A DNA stretch of 64,000 nucleotides from a virus: IMG/VR virus record IMGVR_UViG_3300036398_002324. The stretch is one strand, 5' to 3'. Below, one piece after another: positions 57,907 to 64,000 of the stretch. The notes below the pieces were generated by a model. It did no database searches. It worked only from the letters and a program-made list of their open reading frames with translations, and was not told where the DNA came from. The position numbers and the translations under genes are program-made. Position 1 is the first letter of the stretch. Each line of letters starts with the position of its first letter.

Positions 57907-59380
57907 TTTAATTTTACGAAAACAGAACGAAGCGTTCATAAGAATTGATTGTGAGAAGAGTGTCGCTTACGAACTCTCTTCTTATTTTGAATTTTTTGTT
58001 CCTGGTTATCAGTTCATGCCAACATACAAGAATAAATTGTGGGATGGAAAAGTTCGTCTTTTCGATTTGCGTTCACATACAATTTATTCTGGTCTGTTGC
58101 CGTACATTGAAAAGTTTTGCGCTGAAAGAGAATATAAGTATGAGATTGACTCAGCAATCACTGCAACTGAGAATTTCTCAGCATTAGAAGCTAAAGAGTT
58201 TATAGACAGTCTTGAACTGCACAAAACCATTATACAAGAAGGTGCAAGAGAATATCAAGTAAAAGCATTCATTTCTGCCGTTAGAAATAGAAGAATGTTG
58301 TTATTATCACCGACTGGTTCAGGTAAGTCCTTCATTTTGTATCTCATTCTGAGATATGTTCAGCATAAAAAACACAAAAAAGGTTTGTTGATTGTTCCGA
58401 CAACATCACTTGTTGAACAGATGTACTCCGATTTTGCATCTTACGGATACGATTCAGAGAAATATTGTCATCGTCAATATTCTGGTAAAGACAAGAACAC
58501 AGACAAGTTTCTTACAATCACCACATGGCAATCAATCTATAAAAATCCACCAGAATACTTTGAGCAGTTTGATTTTGTTTTTGGTGATGAAGCACACCAG
58601 TTCAAAGCAAAGTCTCTGACTACCATTATGTCTGGATTAAAGAATGCATCTTACAGAATTGGATGTACAGGAACAATTGATGGTACACAAACACACAAAC
58701 TTGTTCTTGAGGGATTGTTTGGACCAGTTTATCAATCAACGACAACAGCTAAACTTATTGAAGATAAGATGTTAGCAGAATTTAAAATAAAATGTTTGAT
58801 ATTAAAATATTCTGAAGAAGTTTGTAAACAGTCCAGAGCATGGGACTATCAGAGTGAAATAAACTACATAGTTAGTAACAAAGCACGAAATGAATTTATT
58901 CGTAATCTTACACTATCACTAGAGGGCAATTCTCTTGTGCTATTTAATTTGGTTGAAAAACATGGCAAACAACTTCACAAACTCATTGAAGAGAAAGCTA
59001 GTAATAGGCATGTTTTTTTTGTGTATGGTGGAACAGATGTTCAAGTCCGTGAACAAGTTCGTGCCATTACCGAAAAAGAAAATAACGCCATCATCGTGGC
59101 TTCTTACGGCACTTTTTCTACCGGTATTAATATACGTAATCTTCATAACGTTATTTTTGCCTCACCGTCTAAGTCGAGAGTTAGAAATTTACAATCAATT
59201 GGAAGAGGCTTGCGAATTGGAGACAACAAAAAAGAAGCGGTACTATTTGATATAGCAGATGATTTTCGCATAGGTAAACATGTTAATTTCACATTGAAAC
59301 ATTTTGCCGACCGTGTTAAAATATATGATGGAGAAAAGTTCAAATACAAATTCTACAACATAGAGGTCAAAAATGCATAA
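57899..59380 (+). CDS. uvsW: SF2 DNA helicase
   Basis: WDGKVRLF, SPTGSGKS, GDEAH, GCTGT, LQSIGRGLR; probable GTG start at 57899 overlapping uvsY. Confidence 0.93.
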   Translation: MFDLILRKQNEAFIRIDCEKSVAYELSSYFEFFVPGYQFMPTYKNKLWDGKVRLFDLRSHTIYSGLLPYIEKFCAEREYKYEIDSAITATENFSALEAKEFIDSLELHKTIIQEGAREYQVKAFISAVRNRRMLLLSPTGSGKSFILYLILRYVQHKKHKKGLLIVPTTSLVEQMYSDFASYGYDSEKYCHRQYSGKDKNTDKFLTITTWQSIYKNPPEYFEQFDFVFGDEAHQFKAKSLTTIMSGLKNASYRIGCTGTIDGTQTHKLVLEGLFGPVYQSTTTAKLIEDKMLAEFKIKCLILKYSEEVCKQSRAWDYQSEINYIVSNKARNEFIRNLTLSLEGNSLVLFNLVEKHGKQLHKLIEEKASNRHVFFVYGGTDVQVREQVRAITEKENNAIIVASYGTFSTGINIRNLHNVIFASPSKSRVRNLQSIGRGLRIGDNKKEAVLFDIADDFRIGKHVNFTLKHFADRVKIYDGEKFKYKFYNIEVKNA

Positions 59381-59789
59381 CGTAAAACTAATAAGAATGC
59401 AATCTGGTGAAGATATATTAGCTTCTATGTGTGAAGAAGAAAATTCCGATATGATTCAGTTGAATGAGCCCATGCGTTTAGTATTTCGAAGAATGCCAAC
59501 TGGACAAACTGTAATGATGATGATGCCCTGGTTACCGGTTGAACTTATCAAAGTTAATAGTGCAAATATATATTATACAGACATTGTTACGATTGTTGAA
59601 CCTAGAGAAGAAATGATTAGGTATTATGATAAAGTGATTGAGAAATTATCAAAAGATATGGAAGAATCTGATAAGAAAATAAATGAATTATTAGAAGACC
59701 ATGACGATAGTGATGAAGAAAATGAAGAAGAAGTATACCAAGAAATTCTACAACACATAAATGAAATAAAAAATAAAAAGTTACATTAA
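59373..59789 (+). CDS. Conserved hypothetical protein (Sm/LSm-like N-terminus, acidic tail)
   Basis: VKLIRMQSGEDILA...L.EPM...MMPW; the usual position after uvsW in T4-like phages. Confidence 0.7.
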   Translation: MHNVKLIRMQSGEDILASMCEEENSDMIQLNEPMRLVFRRMPTGQTVMMMMPWLPVELIKVNSANIYYTDIVTIVEPREEMIRYYDKVIEKLSKDMEESDKKINELLEDHDDSDEENEEEVYQEILQHINEIKNKKLH

Positions 59790-59803
59790 AGGATTAGTTT
59801 ATT

Positions 59804-61321
59804 ATGTCAAAAGTGGTGACATTTGTTATACCAAGCAGTGCTGCACAAGCATATCAGGAACTCTCTAATAAGTATTCTGCTATTGAACCGCCAACATGGG
59901 CATTGTTACTTGCTAACGCTGTTCGTGTTGATGGATATAATCCTTGTATTTTAGATTTTGATGCTGAACCTACAAGTGTTGAACAAGCAGCAGAGAAAAT
60001 TGCGGATACAAAAACTGATATAGCAGTCTTTGTTCTTTATGGACAAAATCCAAACTCAGGCACCACGATGATGATTGGTGCATCAAAACTAGCAAAGCAA
60101 CTTAAAGCATCACATCCATCAATCAAAACAGTATTCATCGGCTCACATGCTTCTGCATTGCCATATGATGTTATTGGTTTACCTTATGTTGATTTCGTAT
60201 TCATCAATGAGGGTGTTTATGGTCTGCTAGATTTGCTGCAAACAAACTATGTTGATGAACTAGACAAAGTTCGTGGTCTGGTATATAAGAAACATGGCTT
60301 TGCTGCGACGGGTGCTCCTGGTGAGATTGTTCAAACGAAAGATATGGACAGAGTTATGCCAGGTTATGCATGGGATTTGCTACCAAAAGATAACAACTTA
60401 TTAGACAAATACAGAGCGCATTATTGGCATTCATATTTCAAAGACGAAGGTCGTACACCATTTGCTGCAATCTCAACATCACTGGGTTGTTCATTTGGTT
60501 GCAACTTCTGTATGATTAATATCGTCAATAGAACATCATATCAACAAGGCACAGTATCATCCGATACTCGTGGTATGCGTTTCTGGTCACCAGAATTAAT
60601 GTTGAAAGAATTTGAATATCTATGGGAAAATGGTGTACGCACAGTTCGTTTGACTGATGAGATGTTTTTTCTAAACAAAAAATATTATGTTCCTATTCTG
60701 CAAGGTCTGGTTGACCGTGGAATGAAGTTTAATTTCTGGGCATATGCACGTGTAGATTCCGTTCGAAAAGACCAACTAGAATTGTTCAAAGAAGCTGGAG
60801 TAAATTGGCTTGCACTTGGTATCGAAGCAGGTAATCCACAAGTTCGTTTAGAAATTGATAAAGGTCGATTCAAGCAAGTTGATATTCGTGAAGTTGTACA
60901 AGACATTAAAGATGCTGGTATCAATGTGTTGGGCAATTACATGTTTGGTTTTCCAGAAGATACACAAGAGACAATGCAAGAAACTTTAGACCTTGCACTT
61001 GAGTTAAACTGTGAACATGCAAACTTCTATGCAGCAATGGCATTACCTGGTAGTCCACTTTATATGGAAGCAGTTAATAATAAATGGGAATTACCACAGA
61101 CGTTCGATGAGTTCGCATTTCTATCATATGACTGTAAACCACTCAGAACAAAAGCACTAACTGGTGCTGAAGTATTGAAGTTTCGTGATGATGCTTGGCA
61201 CAAATACTTTTCACATGGACCATTCTTGAATCTTGTTGAAAACAAATTTGGAATTGATTCACGTAAAAATATTGAAGAGATGTCCAAGATTAGATTGAAA
61301 AGGAAAATTCTAGGTGACTAA
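59804..61321 (+). CDS. Cobalamin-binding radical SAM enzyme
   Basis: CxxxCxxC motif (GCSFGCNFC); N-terminal B12-binding-like region (PPTWALLLA, IGSHASALP, DFVFINEG); GIEAG, YMFGFP. Confidence 0.85.
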   Translation: MSKVVTFVIPSSAAQAYQELSNKYSAIEPPTWALLLANAVRVDGYNPCILDFDAEPTSVEQAAEKIADTKTDIAVFVLYGQNPNSGTTMMIGASKLAKQLKASHPSIKTVFIGSHASALPYDVIGLPYVDFVFINEGVYGLLDLLQTNYVDELDKVRGLVYKKHGFAATGAPGEIVQTKDMDRVMPGYAWDLLPKDNNLLDKYRAHYWHSYFKDEGRTPFAAISTSLGCSFGCNFCMINIVNRTSYQQGTVSSDTRGMRFWSPELMLKEFEYLWENGVRTVRLTDEMFFLNKKYYVPILQGLVDRGMKFNFWAYARVDSVRKDQLELFKEAGVNWLALGIEAGNPQVRLEIDKGRFKQVDIREVVQDIKDAGINVLGNYMFGFPEDTQETMQETLDLALELNCEHANFYAAMALPGSPLYMEAVNNKWELPQTFDEFAFLSYDCKPLRTKALTGAEVLKFRDDAWHKYFSHGPFLNLVENKFGIDSRKNIEEMSKIRLKRKILGD

Positions 61322-61913
61322 ACAAGAACTTATCGCATTCGAAGATAAGATTGCTGATCATTTCAACAATGGCAGAATTCGTGCGCCAATTCATCTGTAC
61401 TATGGCAATGAGAATGAAATGATAAAAATCTTCAAAAACATTCGGTCAATAGATTGGGTGTTTTGTTCATGGCGTTCACATTATCAATGTCTGTTGAAAG
61501 GTGTGCCGCCAGATGTTTTAGAAAAAGATATTTTGGAAGGCAAGTCAATCTCACTTTGTTATCCACAATACAACATATACTCATCAGCAATTGTTGGTGG
61601 CAATATTCCTATTGCAGTAGGAACTGCGATGGCAATGAAACGTAAAAAGATTGACACGAAGGTGTATTGCTTTGTTGGTGACATGACATCAGAATCTGGC
61701 ATCTTCATGGAAAACTTCAAGTATTCTATTCAACATGAACTGCCTATCAAATTTATTGTTGAAGATAATGGCAAATCTGTTTGTACTGATACAAATAAAA
61801 CTTGGGGTGTATCAGAATCATCATATAAGAATTGTGAACACGAATCCATTTATTATTATGAATATGAAACAAAATATCCACATGCTGGTGCGGGAATGAG
61901 GGTACAATTTTGA
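61314..61913 (+). CDS. ThDP-dependent dehydrogenase E1 alpha-like subunit (short)
   Basis: HLYYGNE, WRSHY, SAIVGGNIPIAVG, ThDP-binding motif GDMTSESG...IVEDN. Confidence 0.85.
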   Translation: MTKQELIAFEDKIADHFNNGRIRAPIHLYYGNENEMIKIFKNIRSIDWVFCSWRSHYQCLLKGVPPDVLEKDILEGKSISLCYPQYNIYSSAIVGGNIPIAVGTAMAMKRKKIDTKVYCFVGDMTSESGIFMENFKYSIQHELPIKFIVEDNGKSVCTDTNKTWGVSESSYKNCEHESIYYYEYETKYPHAGAGMRVQF

Positions 61914-62440
61914 AATACTTTGACGAACTAAAACGTGCAATGAACATGCTTGCTGGTGATCCAAGAGTTATCTTTATGGGTCAAGCAGTAGAGTATGCTG
62001 GTACAGCAATGTCTAACACACTAAAAGATGTTCCTAAAGAACAATTATTAGAAATGCCTGTGTTTGAAGACACACAAATGGGCATGACATTGGGTTTAGC
62101 ACTTGCTGGTTATATTCCTGTGAGCATTTATCCACGTTGGAATTTTCTAGTGTGTGCAACAAATCAGTTAGTCAATCACGTAGATAAAATTACGATGATG
62201 TCCGATTACAAGCCAAGAATTATCATAAGAACTGGTATTGGTTCTGAAAGACCTTTACATCCACAACATCAACATGTCGGTGATTATACAGATGCCTATA
62301 GACTTCTTTGCCCAAATACTGATATAATTAAGTTAGAAGAACCAAGACATGTCTACGATGCATACTGCACAGCATATCTGAGAAGAGATGGAAAATCTAC
62401 CATATTGGTTGAGTATGGTGATTATTATAATGAAAAATGA
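61910..62440 (+). CDS. ThDP-dependent E1 beta/transketolase pyrimidine-binding subunit (short)
   Basis: FMGQAV, EMPVFEDTQMGMTLGLALAG, NQLVNH, PQHQH. Confidence 0.82.
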   Translation: MKYFDELKRAMNMLAGDPRVIFMGQAVEYAGTAMSNTLKDVPKEQLLEMPVFEDTQMGMTLGLALAGYIPVSIYPRWNFLVCATNQLVNHVDKITMMSDYKPRIIIRTGIGSERPLHPQHQHVGDYTDAYRLLCPNTDIIKLEEPRHVYDAYCTAYLRRDGKSTILVEYGDYYNEK

Positions 62441-63420
62441 TCATATCTAAAACACCGTATCGTTTATCTTTATTTGGAGGTGGCACAGATTATCCAGCAT
62501 GGTATGAAAAACATCCATCTAGAGTAATCTCTGCTGCAATGGCTCATTATTGCTATATAAGTTTAAAGAAGTTACCGCCTTATTTTGAACATGCTAATCG
62601 GATTATCTATTCAAAGATAGAAACTGTTGATGACATATCTGAGATAGAACATCCTTCAGTAAGGGAGTGTTTAAAGTATTATGATATATCTAATGGTATT
62701 TCTATTAGCCACGACGGCGACCTTCCTGCTCGTTCTGGCATTGGATCATCTTCTGCATTTACTGTTGGACTGGTAAATGCCATCACAACTTATCTAGGCA
62801 AATCAAATCATGCATATGACCTTGCTAGAGCAGCAATAGATATTGAACAGAATCGAATTGGTGAATCTGTCGGTGTACAAGATCAGATTGCAGCCGCTTA
62901 TGGTGGTTTAAATGTTATTGAACTTTCAAAAGACAAAATAAAAGTTTTATCTTTAGATGTATCTTTTGAATACGAAAACAATTTAGAAAAGCATATTATG
63001 TTAGGCTTTTCTGGTATTGATAGATTTTCTGATGTTCATGCTAAACAACAAGTTGAAAATATTAAATCAGGCAAATCGGAAAAATATTTGGATGCTATAT
63101 CCAGAGTATCAAATTGTGCATATGATTTAATGATTGATGAACAACCGATGAAAGAGTTAGGCGACCTTCTTGTTGAACAGTGGTACTACAAAAGAGAACT
63201 AACAAATGATGTAACGAGTGAGTATATAGATACAATATATAACAAAGCAATAAAAGCTGGTGCATATGGTGGTAAATTGATGGGTGCTGGTGGTGGTGGT
63301 TTCTTTATGTTTCTTGCTCCGCCTGATGCACATGAAAAAATTAAACTAGCAATACCTGAAATCAACGTGTGGGTGCCATTTAAATTTGACTATAGTGGCA
63401 GCACAATTATCATGGAGTGA
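62437..63420 (+). CDS. GHMP-family sugar kinase (HddA heptose-7-phosphate kinase-like)
   Basis: KTPYRLSLFGGGTD, LPARSGIGSSSA, G.QDQ.AAAYGG, GGKLMGAGGGG. Confidence 0.88.
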   Translation: MIISKTPYRLSLFGGGTDYPAWYEKHPSRVISAAMAHYCYISLKKLPPYFEHANRIIYSKIETVDDISEIEHPSVRECLKYYDISNGISISHDGDLPARSGIGSSSAFTVGLVNAITTYLGKSNHAYDLARAAIDIEQNRIGESVGVQDQIAAAYGGLNVIELSKDKIKVLSLDVSFEYENNLEKHIMLGFSGIDRFSDVHAKQQVENIKSGKSEKYLDAISRVSNCAYDLMIDEQPMKELGDLLVEQWYYKRELTNDVTSEYIDTIYNKAIKAGAYGGKLMGAGGGGFFMFLAPPDAHEKIKLAIPEINVWVPFKFDYSGSTIIME

Positions 63421-63422
63421 CG

Positions 63423-64000
63423 ATGAAGTATCCTTTAATGTCTGATAATATTACAAGAGAAGATTTAGATTTGGTAATAGAACATCTCAAAAAAGATAAT
63501 CCAAAACTTACGAATGGACCAGAGTGTCGTGCTTTTGAAGAAGCATGGTCTAAATGGTTGGGTGTAAAGTATTCAGTCTTTGTCAATTCCGGTGCTTCTG
63601 CAAATCTATTGTCAATGACAATGTTGAAGATTAAACATCCAGAAGGTGGTGAAGTGATTGTGCCGCCATTTACATGGGTATCTGATATCGCTTCTATTCT
63701 TCAATGCGGATTCACTCCAGTATTTGTTGACATCGACTTAGACACTCTTGGTATGAATGAGGATGGCATACTAAATGCTATCACAGATAAGACACGTGCT
63801 GTCTTTATAACTTACGCTCAAGGCTTCGACTGCTTATCTGACAGAGTATTAGAAGTTCTTCGTCATCGTAACATTCCTTTGATTGAAGATGTGTGTGAAT
63901 CGCATGGTGCAACACATAATCAAAAGCTTTTGGGTAGCTTTGGTTGGATGTCAAACTTCTCATTTTATTTTGCACACCACATGTCAACGATTGAAGGTGG
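63423..64000 (+). CDS. DegT/DnrJ/EryC1/StrS-family PLP/PMP enzyme, probably an NDP-4-keto-6-deoxyhexose 3-dehydratase (RfbH/ColD-like); truncated by the window edge
   Basis: Manual translation: MKYPLMSDN...FEEAWSKWLGVKYSVFVNSGASANLL...EVIVP..TW...PVFVDID...IEDVCESHGA...SFYFAHHMSTIEGG. His sits at the position of the usual Schiff-base Lys. Confidence 0.85.
   Translation, partial: MKYPLMSDNITREDLDLVIEHLKKDNPKLTNGPECRAFEEAWSKWLGVKYSVFVNSGASANLLSMTMLKIKHPEGGEVIVPPFTWVSDIASILQCGFTPVFVDIDLDTLGMNEDGILNAITDKTRAVFITYAQGFDCLSDRVLEVLRHRNIPLIEDVCESHGATHNQKLLGSFGWMSNFSFYFAHHMSTIEG

Noticed and set aside
61314-62440. Pyruvate dehydrogenase auxiliary metabolic genes
   Set aside because: The subunits are truncated, no E2/E3 is in view, and the context is sugar-nucleotide biosynthesis.
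785-63987. Many short antisense or alternate-frame ORFs in the ORF track (e.g. 13451-13966, 26551-26910, 38063-38431, 54325-54657)
   Set aside because: They lie fully inside well-supported genes, show no recognisable motifs, and are expected shadows of biased or repetitive codon usage.
1-64000. tRNA or other structured RNA genes
   Set aside because: Intergenic gaps are nearly all too short and no cloverleaf-like sequence was seen; tRNAscan or Infernal would be needed to confirm.

Overview
This window is 64 kb of an AT-rich T4-like myovirus genome. The gene order resembles marine/freshwater cyanophage-type T4 relatives, and the host cannot be determined from the sequence. It holds almost the whole virion morphogenesis region: (gp54-like, gp2, gp4 on the minus strand) / gp48, gp53, hub, gp5, PAAR, gp25, gp6, gp7, gp8, a 2099-aa structural protein, a ~19 kb tail-fibre/adhesin region, gp13-16, a Dps gene, gp17-23 and gp3. 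After that come uvsY, uvsW and the start of a sugar-nucleotide biosynthesis operon (B12 radical SAM, ThDP E1 alpha/beta, GHMP kinase, His-type 3-dehydratase) that runs off the right end. The most striking structure is in the fibre region. Four genes carry seven domains, each made of exactly seven ~43-aa repeats (49 repeats, probably 7-bladed beta-propellers). Four of these domains are in-frame insertions into scaffolds whose uninterrupted paralogues sit alongside them. Individual repeats are near-identical at the DNA level between different genes, which suggests an active cassette/blade-shuffling system for diversifying receptor-binding proteins. No tRNA, rRNA, CRISPR array or transposon was seen. 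All product calls come from motif recognition and synteny, not database searches.
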